Below are positions 1-9,826 of a stretch of DNA of 64,000 nt, piece by piece (position 1 is the stretch's first letter; the number at the start of each line of letters is the position of its first letter). The translations under genes were made by a program, and so were the position numbers. The stretch is taken from IMG/VR virus record IMGVR_UViG_3300042562_000747, positions 1 through 64,000 of that record, one strand, 5' to 3'. The notes below the pieces were generated by a model that saw only the letters and a program-made list of their open reading frames with translations, was not told where the DNA came from and ran no database searches. Origin of the DNA: a virus. Its lineage: Duplodnaviria > Caudoviricetes.

Positions 1-619
1 CTGAACCAACCCACATTCTATGAAACCAATTACCCACACCATTCGGAGTAGATAATGCAATACAATCACCACCGGTAGCCAACGTTAATTGAGTACCAGT
101 CCATATCTCATCGATGTAATCAATAAATGCTGCTTCATCAAATACCAATAAAGATAAGGCTTCAGAACGACCAGAGTCAGGTTTTGAAGATACTGCTTTT
201 ACTTGTGAACCATTTTTTAATCTAAGGGAAAGTTTGTTATCTTCGGATTCTGCAACTCTTAACCATACAGGTAAAAGTTGATTCATCGTTCTAACTTTTA
301 ATACTAAGTTCTTTGCTACATCTTGTTTGTTCGCAATAATAAGAACGTTAAAATCCTCATTGAATATCATTTTCCATAGTGCATAACCTGCTACTAATGT
401 TGATATACCTAACTGACGAGATTTAAGAACAATGTTGTATCTATGTTCTTTAAAATCGGTTAGGGTATCTTCCTGAAATGGATATAATTCGAATGGTATC
501 TTTCCTCTAATTGGATGCTGAATTTTACAATACTTTTTCATAAAGTATACCGGGTCACCGGCACACTTTTGATATTGTTCCTTAATTACATCCTTTAGGG
601 ATTTTTGTGGGGTATTCAT
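1..619 (-). CDS. terL: Terminase large subunit (T4 gp17-like), N-terminal ATPase part; runs off the left window edge
   Basis: Not in the ORF track. Hand translation from ATG at 619 (TAATG overlap) gives MNTPQKSLKDVIKEQYQKCAGDPVYF...LYPFQ...LKSRQLGIST (Walker A)...LLVFDEAAF (Walker B)...LSTPNG. Confidence 0.93.
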   Translation of the reverse strand, partial: MNTPQKSLKDVIKEQYQKCAGDPVYFMKKYCKIQHPIRGKIPFELYPFQEDTLTDFKEHRYNIVLKSRQLGISTLVAGYALWKMIFNEDFNVLIIANKQDVAKNLVLKVRTMNQLLPVWLRVAESEDNKLSLRLKNGSQVKAVSSKPDSGRSEALSLLVFDEAAFIDYIDEIWTGTQLTLATGGDCIALSTPNGVGNWFHRMWVGS

Positions 620-1257
620 TATTTTTTCAATCTAATCTTCCAATATACACCACCACCAACATAAGGTGCTAAAGTGCCAGTTGTACCATCAATCGTTCTA
701 TTTGCAACACCAACTCCTAAATGATACATCTTATCCGATTTTGTATTGATTAAAAATCCCATACCTAAATGAGATATTAAATCTGCTTTATTAAATCCAC
801 CTTCTAAACCATAAAAGAATTTTGTTTTAGGTAATTCTTTTACAATTGTTGTTTCTTTAATAACTCTTTGTTTAACACTCGCATTAAAAGTTCTACCCAA
901 TATTTTGTTTTGAGTAATAGTATCAATTAAAGATACAATTCCTAAACTATCTGGTAATTGTAATGTATCTTTATAAATGTTCTTTGCAAAATAATTTTGT
1001 AATAAAGCTTGTGTATCTACGATTGTAGGGATTATTACTTCCTTAATTGTTTCATGATAGATATCTTCACCTTTTTTAGTTACTACTTTTGTTTTAACTA
1101 TTTCAAATGTATCAATTTCATGTTTAATAAGTTCATACTTTTTACCATCAACTTTTACGATTTCACCGGTTGTTTTTTTGTTTCCACCACATTGTTGGAA
1201 AACTACTACTGCAATTAATGCTACTATTGCAATATTCTTAATGTTCAAAAATTTCAT
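619..1257 (-). CDS. Exported/membrane protein, possibly a lipoprotein, with C-terminal amphipathic beta strands
   Basis: N-terminal hydrophobic stretch followed by QQCGG; C-terminus FFYGLEGGF..LGMGFLIN..YHLGVGV..YVGGGVYWKI. Confidence 0.6.
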   Translation of the reverse strand: MKFLNIKNIAIVALIAVVVFQQCGGNKKTTGEIVKVDGKKYELIKHEIDTFEIVKTKVVTKKGEDIYHETIKEVIIPTIVDTQALLQNYFAKNIYKDTLQLPDSLGIVSLIDTITQNKILGRTFNASVKQRVIKETTIVKELPKTKFFYGLEGGFNKADLISHLGMGFLINTKSDKMYHLGVGVANRTIDGTTGTLAPYVGGGVYWKIRLKK

Positions 1258-1900
1258 TATATTTCTCCTTTATTATTTCCCAATCCTCATCTACTGCGGT
1301 TTGGAATGTTATTATTAATTCGTTTAGACCCGCTATATCTGAATCTAAATCTCTTTTTACTTTTTCAATATCACCATCGATACTCCACTTTTCAATACTA
1401 CCATCTTCGTTTACAATAGTAGGAACTGTGTCTGCATCTTTTCTAGCTTGTTCAAATTTTGCTAAATCATCTTTAATTGTTCCTAATGCTTTTGAGTTCA
1501 TTTTCCAATATTCATAGTTCTGATAGATACCTTCTAATTTAAGTTTAGCTTCTCTTTCTACTAAACAATTAATACAAAATCCACTTTGTTTAATAAATCT
1601 TAAGTTAACTCCTTTTGGATTTGATGTTTTGCATTCTTTAGATTTACAAGTAGTTAGTATATCTAAATACGCTCTTGCTTCATCATATTGGGTAACTGAA
1701 CTTTTAAATCCTTCATGTTGTTCCCATTCTTTTCCGTTTGCATCAAACCAAGTATCACCAACTTCTCTTTTTTCTTTTACCTTATCCCACCCAACTGTTG
1801 CGTTTCCACTTTCTCTACCATGCATCACATCCAATATCTTTTTTCTACTCGGATGCATCCATGTCTTCTTATCCTTATTACCTTTGCTCTTAATTAACAT
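1238..1900 (-). CDS. Hypothetical phage protein with Cys pairs (possible Zn binding)
   Basis: CKSKEC and FCINC motifs; preceded by a late-type motif at 1917-1925. Confidence 0.6.
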   Translation of the reverse strand: MLIKSKGNKDKKTWMHPSRKKILDVMHGRESGNATVGWDKVKEKREVGDTWFDANGKEWEQHEGFKSSVTQYDEARAYLDILTTCKSKECKTSNPKGVNLRFIKQSGFCINCLVEREAKLKLEGIYQNYEYWKMNSKALGTIKDDLAKFEQARKDADTVPTIVNEDGSIEKWSIDGDIEKVKRDLDSDIAGLNELIITFQTAVDEDWEIIKEKYNEIFEH

Positions 1901-1931
1901 AAATTGTAACTTTATATATAAGTATATATTT

Positions 1932-4900
1932 TTATCGGCTAAACTTAAAAATTCCTAAAATTTGGTTCAAAGGTGCGAATGCTCCCGTTAATTTATAAGC
2001 GTTTCCTTTGTAACTAAATACGATTCCTTCACTCGGTACAATTTTTTCAAACCCACCAATTGCATTTAATCTACTCAATTCTTTTTCTAATTTTTTTATT
2101 TGAGATATTGTTCCACCACTCATAATTTGATTAGCACTAGATTCTAATTCAGCTCTCATTGATTGTAATGCTTTATCTGGTTGTGCAGTTAATACTGAAC
2201 TCATAAATGATAAAACCTCTGCACCAACTCCTAAAAATATATCTTCAAACTTTCTAAGATTACCACTCATAATAGTAGTTTTAGCTCCTTTATCTATTCC
2301 TTCTGCCCATGCTCTTGCTTTATCATCTTTGATATCACCTACTCTCATACTTTTATCATCAAACGCCCATCTCTTAACTAAACCTGCCTTTTCTAATGCT
2401 GATATTTTCTTTTTTGAATTAACTATAAAGTTTTCCCACCACGCTTGATGATAATCTGCTACACCATCTTTATCTGTTAATCCAAATTCAGATTGTAGTT
2501 TTGAAATCATTCCTTTAAATTTACCTTTTTGAGAACTTAATTGTTTTGTTTTAGGTAATTTAACAATTGGAGGTCCTTGTATTGTGTATTTAGATTGAAC
2601 ATGTGCATTAATTTGCTTTAACATACCACCTAATATACTTTCTGCACCATCTACTTTACCAATTGGATTTCCTGCTTCATTGTATTCAACTGCATTATGG
2701 AAAACTAAAAGTGCTTGATTGTAAGGAATAACATTAACCGATGTAGGCCATATTACTTCTAAATTTACAAACACTTTACCTTCTTTAAATATTTTATCTT
2801 TTTGTGCCTGAGATAATCCTCTAATTGCATTTTCCAAATCTTTCATTGCGAAATTATATGCATCAGTTAATCCGCCTCTACCGCCAAACTTAGTTGCTAC
2901 ACCATTGATATCCATTGCATTTGCTCCAGCGTTTGCTAAGTGCCCTTTATTTCTAGCTGATATTAATCTACCACTCTTCCAACTTATTGCCAATGCTTGT
3001 CCGTCAGTCTTTTCTCTAACCACACCTAAGTTTCCATCTAATGCATTATTTACAATTGCTTTCAAATCACCAAATGATAAATTCATTCTAACATCAAATG
3101 GATGATTCATATGTCCATATGCACCACCTTCATTTATAATACCTTCTTCTACTTTTCTGAATGTTGTTGCTTGTCTACCATTGATTGTTGGCATTCCGTG
3201 CTGGTCTTTACTAATATCCTTTACAACTGTTTTTTTATTTTTAAATTTACCAGTTAAAACCACATCACCTTTATCTACATCTACATTGATATCTTCATCT
3301 ACTTCGGTAATTACTTCTGCAACGGTATTTGTATCACCATCTAATTTACCATCCTCTTTATCTCTATTGTAATCTTGTATAGCGTTATCCCAAACTTCTA
3401 ATGGAATTTTACCATCTTTCATTTGTTTAGCATAATGTAGTGTAAACCATTCAACATATTTATCATTATCACCATCCATTTCTTTTCCTGCAAATAGTGC
3501 GGCTTTACCAATTCCACCGATTGCAATTTCTGCAACCAAATGTTCTGCTAAATGTACTCCCAAATGTTTCATTAACATTCCAACCCCATGTCCTATTCCG
3601 CCACCTAATATTACACCCGCTGCACTCATTGCAATCGTTTTACCTAATGTTTTGAATGCATCTTTTTCTTTATCACTTATTGGTTTACCTTGAAATAAAT
3701 TTGAAATACCTTCACCTGCGTGCTTAAATGTATGTCCCAAATGTTCCATTTCCTTTTTTACGGATGGTACAATTGATTTTATTTTATTATTGATTGCTTC
3801 ACCGATACTACGTCTAACTGGTGAATTTGGTTTATGTTGGTTGCCTCTAAAGAATTTTTTCTCATTCTCAGACCATTTTGAAATATTATGTTTGATGGTT
3901 CTTGCTACAACTTCTGGATTTTGAATTGCCTTAGTTGCTACTTTACCCATACCAGCCGATTTTGCTGCGGTTGTTCCTTTGGTTGGTTGCATTCCACTTG
4001 CAGGTGTTTCTTTATTTGCATCTGAACCAGGTCCTGCTTCTTGTCCAGATTTGGTGGCCACACCATATTCATTTGCAAAATCATTTGCTGACTGAATTGC
4101 GGTATCAATATCCTGGTCAACAATCATTACTTTTAATGGAATTGGTGCTTCTGGATGTTTTATATTATATGATGTAATTGCTGCCCATCTATGGTGTCCA
4201 TCAATTACATATCCATCTTTACTTACATAAAGCGGCGCAGTTAGATTTGGATTTGTTGGGTCTGCTTCTAATCCCGCTTCCATTCCTAATACTTTATCAC
4301 CAACTAATTCTGTTTGAGTTGCTTTTAATGATTCTGCAGGTACTTCTGTATTTGTTACTTTAATACCCTTATCTTCCAACATTTTTGCATATAGTTTTTC
4401 ACCATTTATTTCTTCCGCATCCGGTTTTGCTTTACCTGCTTTTTTTTCTGCTTCTAAATCTTTTTCAGCTTGTGAACCAGGTTGTGGCTTACCTTTGAAT
4501 TGTGGCATTTTTTTACGAGGAATTCCTTTATTTCCATTACAATATAAGTTAGTACCTGGAACAGATATGTCGCAAAGATTATATGTGGGTTCTCTTTCTG
4601 AATCTACTTCTTTTTTAAAGTCTTCCATTTCTTCTGGTTTAACTTCATCTTTTGATTTTAAACCTCTACGTTCTAATACTTTTTGAGTTGCTTGTTTTTT
4701 ATCTTCATCAAAATGTTTTGCTAAACCTGTAATTTTTGTATTTACTTCTTCTCTAAATTTAGGTGAAATATCATCTAATGTAGGCTCTACTTTAATTGAT
4801 GTGCCTACCACATTTCCCTTATCATCAACCGGAGCCGTTTGATTCATCGGAGCTGGTTTCTTTTGTTGTGGTTGTGGTTGCTGTGGTTTTTCTTGAGCTT

Positions 4901-6089
4901 GTGCAGGATTAGTTAATGGTTTATCTAATGGTTTTTGTGTTTTGTTTGTACTATTTGTACCATTTTGATTATTTGCGCCAGGTGTTGGTTTTGCTCCAAC
5001 TTTATTATTTGCACCCGTCATTGGTCCGCCGGCATTTCTATTTGCGGGTGGTTGTGATTGTGCACCACTTTTACCAACTAATGCCATCGCTGCTCTATAC
5101 GATGGATGGTTTTTATCGTAATTTAGTGCTGAACGAACTTTTACTTTCTCACCAGTATCAGGATTATCTACTAATTGGTCTAATGTTTTTTCATCATACC
5201 CACTACCTGCTGCACTTGCTTCTTTTATTGGATTATGTGGTTGATACATACCTTTTTCTATATTATGTAAATCACGATAATATGTAAGTTTTTCTGCTAA
5301 ATGGTCTTTAGCTATTTCAGCTGCGATTTTAATATCAGACGTATGTTCTAATTCAATCTTAATACCTCGTTTTAGTTCTTGTTTTACGGTATCTAATACG
5401 TTTTTGTAATCGTAGTAATCCCCTGCCCATTTCTTTGCAATATCTACCAACGTTAAATCATCTGCTTTTCCACCTGGTATATTATTATCAGTATCTATAC
5501 CTTCATTTAATTTTGTAATTAATTTAGTATAAATTGCTTTATCAAATTTACCAAAAAACTTTTCAAATTCTTTTTGTTTTCTTTCACCACCCATTCTATT
5601 GTTACGGAACATATTTCTAACATCCGTTGCACCAAATGAATTAGAAGGTAACTGAGAGAATACATATGCGTTAACTGCATATCCTTTTAAGTTTTTATCG
5701 TTTGTATATGGTTTGAAATAATTACCACCTAATCTTGCATCATCTTTTTCACCAACTGCTACAATTAATGCAGTAGTTGTATCATCATATCCTCTCAATA
5801 TTTCTACCGGTTGATATGGTTGTTTTACTTTTACAAATTTTGAAGATGGTATTCCAAATAATTTAGTTGCAATTTCTTTCTTATCGTTGAATGATAATGG
5901 GGATTTATCACCATCTTGCACATCGGATGTTGCAATATATACATTTTTAGAACCAAATTTTGATACCAATGCATCATAAACTTTTTTATGACCTTTGTGA
6001 AATGGTTGGAAACGTCCACCATACACTACAATTTTGTCGGTTACCGCTTGTTTTAAAACAGCTTCGACAATAAAATTAGCTAATTCCAT
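1932..6089 (-). CDS. Multidomain protein: HIGH-type nucleotidyltransferase + DUF5661-like + ParB/Srx-like + hydrophobic Gly-rich segment + KxDG ligase-type nucleotidyltransferase
   Basis: GRFQPFHKGH; GIKIELEHT...IAKDHL; LKATQ...YVIDGHHRWAA; EKTDG...NLEVI...VFH...EGIVF...YKLTG (ligase motifs I, III, IIIa, IV, V). Confidence 0.75.
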   Translation of the reverse strand: MELANFIVEAVLKQAVTDKIVVYGGRFQPFHKGHKKVYDALVSKFGSKNVYIATSDVQDGDKSPLSFNDKKEIATKLFGIPSSKFVKVKQPYQPVEILRGYDDTTTALIVAVGEKDDARLGGNYFKPYTNDKNLKGYAVNAYVFSQLPSNSFGATDVRNMFRNNRMGGERKQKEFEKFFGKFDKAIYTKLITKLNEGIDTDNNIPGGKADDLTLVDIAKKWAGDYYDYKNVLDTVKQELKRGIKIELEHTSDIKIAAEIAKDHLAEKLTYYRDLHNIEKGMYQPHNPIKEASAAGSGYDEKTLDQLVDNPDTGEKVKVRSALNYDKNHPSYRAAMALVGKSGAQSQPPANRNAGGPMTGANNKVGAKPTPGANNQNGTNSTNKTQKPLDKPLTNPAQAQEKPQQPQPQQKKPAPMNQTAPVDDKGNVVGTSIKVEPTLDDISPKFREEVNTKITGLAKHFDEDKKQATQKVLERRGLKSKDEVKPEEMEDFKKEVDSEREPTYNLCDISVPGTNLYCNGNKGIPRKKMPQFKGKPQPGSQAEKDLEAEKKAGKAKPDAEEINGEKLYAKMLEDKGIKVTNTEVPAESLKATQTELVGDKVLGMEAGLEADPTNPNLTAPLYVSKDGYVIDGHHRWAAITSYNIKHPEAPIPLKVMIVDQDIDTAIQSANDFANEYGVATKSGQEAGPGSDANKETPASGMQPTKGTTAAKSAGMGKVATKAIQNPEVVARTIKHNISKWSENEKKFFRGNQHKPNSPVRRSIGEAINNKIKSIVPSVKKEMEHLGHTFKHAGEGISNLFQGKPISDKEKDAFKTLGKTIAMSAAGVILGGGIGHGVGMLMKHLGVHLAEHLVAEIAIGGIGKAALFAGKEMDGDNDKYVEWFTLHYAKQMKDGKIPLEVWDNAIQDYNRDKEDGKLDGDTNTVAEVITEVDEDINVDVDKGDVVLTGKFKNKKTVVKDISKDQHGMPTINGRQATTFRKVEEGIINEGGAYGHMNHPFDVRMNLSFGDLKAIVNNALDGNLGVVREKTDGQALAISWKSGRLISARNKGHLANAGANAMDINGVATKFGGRGGLTDAYNFAMKDLENAIRGLSQAQKDKIFKEGKVFVNLEVIWPTSVNVIPYNQALLVFHNAVEYNEAGNPIGKVDGAESILGGMLKQINAHVQSKYTIQGPPIVKLPKTKQLSSQKGKFKGMISKLQSEFGLTDKDGVADYHQAWWENFIVNSKKKISALEKAGLVKRWAFDDKSMRVGDIKDDKARAWAEGIDKGAKTTIMSGNLRKFEDIFLGVGAEVLSFMSSVLTAQPDKALQSMRAELESSANQIMSGGTISQIKKLEKELSRLNAIGGFEKIVPSEGIVFSYKGNAYKLTGAFAPLNQILGIFKFSR

Positions 6090-6104
6090 AAGTATAAATA
6101 TATA

Positions 6105-6224
6105 CTAAATATTGTTATAGATAAATGGGTCTCTCTTTCTTAGCTCTTTTATTTTCTTTTTAAACTCTCTCTTTAATTTCCAAGTTTTGTATAAACTTTT
6201 CAATTTTTTAAATAATGTTATCAT
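6105..6224 (-). CDS. 39-aa basic peptide ending RDPFIYNNI
   Basis: Below the ORF track cut-off. Hand translation MITLFKKLKSLYKTWKLKREFKKKIKELRKRDPFIYNNI*. It fills the intergenic gap and overlaps the upstream stop. Confidence 0.7.
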   Translation of the reverse strand: MITLFKKLKSLYKTWKLKREFKKKIKELRKRDPFIYNNI

Positions 6225-7539
6225 TTTTATGTATTTTTAATTCTTTAAATATATCCGAGTACCTATAATTATTGTGTTTTATTTTTTCAATTAAGTATTT
6301 TTCAACTTGGTTGTTCTTACCAATATCAATCATTAGTTGATGATTATGTTTTAAAATATGAAAATTATCTTTTATTATATCATCTATTTCATATATGCTT
6401 AATTTGTTTAATCTATCTATTTCATTTATAATTACATCCATTCTAATATCATTGTCTTCAATTGTGTCGTATGTTTCATCTATTAAAAAATCAAATGTTT
6501 TAAACCCAATTTCTTTTAAATATTTTAACATATGTGGTCTACCAATAACAATAAATGGATGGTATTGAAATATTGGTTTCCATATTTTTTCTGATATAAA
6601 ATCATTATCAATATAAAATGAAGTTTCCGTTACCAAACTAATATAACTTTCTAAAAATAAATTTTCATTTTCATGATAATATCCATTTGTATTTGCAATA
6701 TCCTCTCTATCTGCAATTGATTTAGCCGGCAGTGCTTCAAATTTTTCTTTTAAATCCGAATGTTTTTTATAGAAATTAGATAATTCATTTGTTACTAATG
6801 TTTTATCAAATGATATAATAGAATCGTATTGTATTTTATTAAAAATTTCAGATAATAGTTTTACTCTATGTAAATCTAATCGCCTATTTAAACATAAAAA
6901 CTTAAATGGTTTTTGTAATTTATAATGTGTATTATATAAATCTTTATTAATATGTTTATTGAAAAAATGTTTTGAAGATGCGGTTAAATAAAATGAATAG
7001 TTAATTACCGATGGATATTCTGTTATATTAAATCTTTCTTTAAACGAAAGTAATTTTTGTTCTAAGTTATAATCATTTAAAATTAAAATTACATTTTCAA
7101 ATTTAATCCCCGCGTTTTTAATGCCTAAATACATTCCTTTTAATAACCAATCACCTACCCATCCTTCATGTGAATAATTTATAACAATTTTACCTTTGTT
7201 CTGATTTACTTTTTTTATTATATTAGATGGTATTAAATCAAAGAAATTACAAAAGTCATCCGTTGCTTCTATGTTTAAAGAATACATCAAATGCCCCCAT
7301 GGTTCTATCGGATATACCCAATTTTCAGATTCAATATTATCAGTAATTTCTAATTTAATATCTTTTATACCAAGATTACTAATCCAACTACTATGTTGAT
7401 TTCCAAATTTATTTTCTAATTCGAATGAATCAATTAGTCTATCTGTAACAAATATATGACTTAATATTTCTGGTTTTATACAATTTGGAATTGGTTTATT
7501 AAATTTCCACTTATCGTATAATAAAACAATATTATCCAT
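6208..7539 (-). CDS. Putative glycosyltransferase-like protein (paralog 1 of 3)
   Basis: FLCLNRR..HR / SLVTET / SEKIWKPI..HPF / GFKTF..DETYD motifs shared with 14193 and 15461; the (S/T)EK motif resembles GT10/GT-B nucleotide-sugar binding. Confidence 0.55.
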   Translation of the reverse strand: MDNIVLLYDKWKFNKPIPNCIKPEILSHIFVTDRLIDSFELENKFGNQHSSWISNLGIKDIKLEITDNIESENWVYPIEPWGHLMYSLNIEATDDFCNFFDLIPSNIIKKVNQNKGKIVINYSHEGWVGDWLLKGMYLGIKNAGIKFENVILILNDYNLEQKLLSFKERFNITEYPSVINYSFYLTASSKHFFNKHINKDLYNTHYKLQKPFKFLCLNRRLDLHRVKLLSEIFNKIQYDSIISFDKTLVTNELSNFYKKHSDLKEKFEALPAKSIADREDIANTNGYYHENENLFLESYISLVTETSFYIDNDFISEKIWKPIFQYHPFIVIGRPHMLKYLKEIGFKTFDFLIDETYDTIEDNDIRMDVIINEIDRLNKLSIYEIDDIIKDNFHILKHNHQLMIDIGKNNQVEKYLIEKIKHNNYRYSDIFKELKIHKNDNII

Positions 7540-8434
7540 TAATTTCTTTTAAAATATAATCACTAATACTATTTGCAATTATTTTATGACACTCTAATGA
7601 AGCGTGGTCATCAGGTACTTTATTACCATTTATTCTTAAATCAGATGTACTAATCATCATTTGTGGGTCTGATTTCATTAAATCTGCTAATGAATTATAT
7701 TCTATTGCATTATTATACATTTTAATATAAATCTTATTAAAAAATTCATCTTCAATTAAAAATGGTACATATTCATTTTGCCAAGTTAAAATTCTACATT
7801 TTATACCTGCTGCTTCGTATTTTATAAATAATTCTTTAATTAGATTTAAATTTTGTTGTATAAAAAACTTTTCCATATCTTCCCAACTTGTAAAATTATC
7901 AGAATAGAATTTAAATAATTTTTCATATGTGTCAGATTGTATTTTTCCATCAAACATATTAATATTATTTTGATGTAAATTATGTCTATCTCTAACACCC
8001 GCTACATTTAATTCCATTTGCTCATCATTTATATAAACTTGATAGTTCCTAAATGGGTCAGTAAGTTGCAGTATTACATAACCAATTTCATCTGCGGAAT
8101 AATGTTGGTCTGCGAATTTTTTATAATGTTTTTTAGATAATGCGTTTGTATCTGTTTCATTTTCTAAATCTATTATATATTCTAACCATGTAATAGAACC
8201 ATCATCCGAACCACCATTATCTATTTTATTAACTTCCCATGTTCCTAATTTATCTGCAACCAATCTACTAAAACGATTTGCACTCATAAATTTATACATA
8301 GCTTGTGTAATTTTATGTGAATCCGTTGTATTATTTGCTACCGCATTTTTAATATCAATAAATGGTGTATAAAAATATAAACCACTTCCCCAAGTATGAG
8401 AACATCCAGTAAATGCAATTCCTTTATTAAGCAT
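7532..8434 (-). CDS. SGNH/GDSL hydrolase-fold protein (possible sugar O-acyl transferase or esterase)
   Basis: GCSHTWG block I, GGSD block II, DDH near the C-terminus. Confidence 0.7.
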   Translation of the reverse strand: MLNKGIAFTGCSHTWGSGLYFYTPFIDIKNAVANNTTDSHKITQAMYKFMSANRFSRLVADKLGTWEVNKIDNGGSDDGSITWLEYIIDLENETDTNALSKKHYKKFADQHYSADEIGYVILQLTDPFRNYQVYINDEQMELNVAGVRDRHNLHQNNINMFDGKIQSDTYEKLFKFYSDNFTSWEDMEKFFIQQNLNLIKELFIKYEAAGIKCRILTWQNEYVPFLIEDEFFNKIYIKMYNNAIEYNSLADLMKSDPQMMISTSDLRINGNKVPDDHASLECHKIIANSISDYILKEING

Positions 8435-8972
8435 AATATAACTCCGGATATTCTACTAATATATGAATACCACCTTCATTTGTTGCATATTTGTAAGCTA
8501 ATTCAATATCTTCCGGTGATTTTAAATCGTGAAATTCTATATTTTTACATAAAGATTTAAATTCCTCAAAATAATTTCCTCTATGTTGGTGACCTGGATC
8601 AATTGGTTTATCACTCCCTTTACCTAATCTAATAATTAAGTTCGGTTTCCACTTTTCTTGACTCATTATTCCAATTTTATCAACGTGATTTATTAATTGG
8701 TTTGCTGCACAAATAATAAAATCCCAACGAGGATAGAATGTAATAACTCTTTTACCTGCCATTGCCAACCCTAAACTCATTCCCATTTGTGATTCTTCCA
8801 TTACAGGAACTTCAATCATTTTTTCTTTTGGAACAAATCCTAAAGTTGTACTCATAGGATTACCTTGATAAACTATTTGTTGACCAATAAAAACAGAATC
8901 TTCTAATTCTGCTAAATTTTTCATTGCTTCCGTTAGAGCATCTTTGTACGGGGTGTATTCTGGGTTTGCCAT
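8427..8972 (-). CDS. TPP enzyme E1-beta/transketolase pyrimidine-binding domain only
   Basis: IEVPVMEESQMGMSLGLAMAG..PRWDF..NQLINH..GHQH. Confidence 0.85.
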   Translation of the reverse strand: MANPEYTPYKDALTEAMKNLAELEDSVFIGQQIVYQGNPMSTTLGFVPKEKMIEVPVMEESQMGMSLGLAMAGKRVITFYPRWDFIICAANQLINHVDKIGIMSQEKWKPNLIIRLGKGSDKPIDPGHQHRGNYFEEFKSLCKNIEFHDLKSPEDIELAYKYATNEGGIHILVEYPELYYA

Positions 8973-9826
8973 ATAACTTGTTTTTCTATTTCTTCTATTT
9001 TATTAATAATTGCTTCTGCCTGTATTTTATGTGCCTTCAATGATGTATGACCATTTATTACTTTTTTTCCAATAGTTGTAAAATACGGGTCATCTGAAAT
9101 ACTCATACCTATCGGTCTATCTTTTCTACTTTGTAAATCCCATATTGAACTAAATATATTTCCATTCACATTGTATTCTATAAATCTATCTTCTAAAAAT
9201 GAATTATTCTTAATGTATGGTATTAATTCGTTTTGCCAAGTGTGTATTAAACATTTTTTTACACCCATAGATTCATATTTTCTAAACTTTTCCTCTACCA
9301 TTTTTGCAAATTCATCTAAAAAAACGTGTGTATATTTTTTTATATCACCATCATATATTTCTTCTAAATATTTATCAAATTCACTATTTTTTATAGATTG
9401 TACCGAATTAATATTACATTTTCTTACTACACCGTTATAAGTAAATTCAGTTTCTGCTCTAAACATATCAGTAAGTTGAACTACTACATAATCAAAATCT
9501 TCTAATTCCATTCTAAACATTCTATGTGCTACCGGACTTGAATTTGCTGGTACATAATTTAGTTGCCATTGTGTATTTAATGTATCTAAGAAAATAAAAA
9601 TTTGATTGTTATCACCACCATTACTATCTCTACAATATTCAAATGTTTCAAAATGTGTAGCAACTTGTCTTGCAAATCTTTTTGATTTAATAAATTCTAC
9701 ATGAGCAGGCGTATAATCTTCTCTGTAATGCTGAGTTGCATTCCATTTAATATTAGGGAGGTGAGAGTAATATTGTAATCCCTCACCCCATGTAAAACTA
9801 TCACCTGCAAATAGAATTCCTTTCAT
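8933..9826 (-). CDS. SGNH/GDSL hydrolase-fold protein
   Basis: GDSFTWG, NGGDN, GHTS; paralog of 7532. Confidence 0.7.
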   Translation of the reverse strand: MKGILFAGDSFTWGEGLQYYSHLPNIKWNATQHYREDYTPAHVEFIKSKRFARQVATHFETFEYCRDSNGGDNNQIFIFLDTLNTQWQLNYVPANSSPVAHRMFRMELEDFDYVVVQLTDMFRAETEFTYNGVVRKCNINSVQSIKNSEFDKYLEEIYDGDIKKYTHVFLDEFAKMVEEKFRKYESMGVKKCLIHTWQNELIPYIKNNSFLEDRFIEYNVNGNIFSSIWDLQSRKDRPIGMSISDDPYFTTIGKKVINGHTSLKAHKIQAEAIINKIEEIEKQVIWQTQNTPRTKML

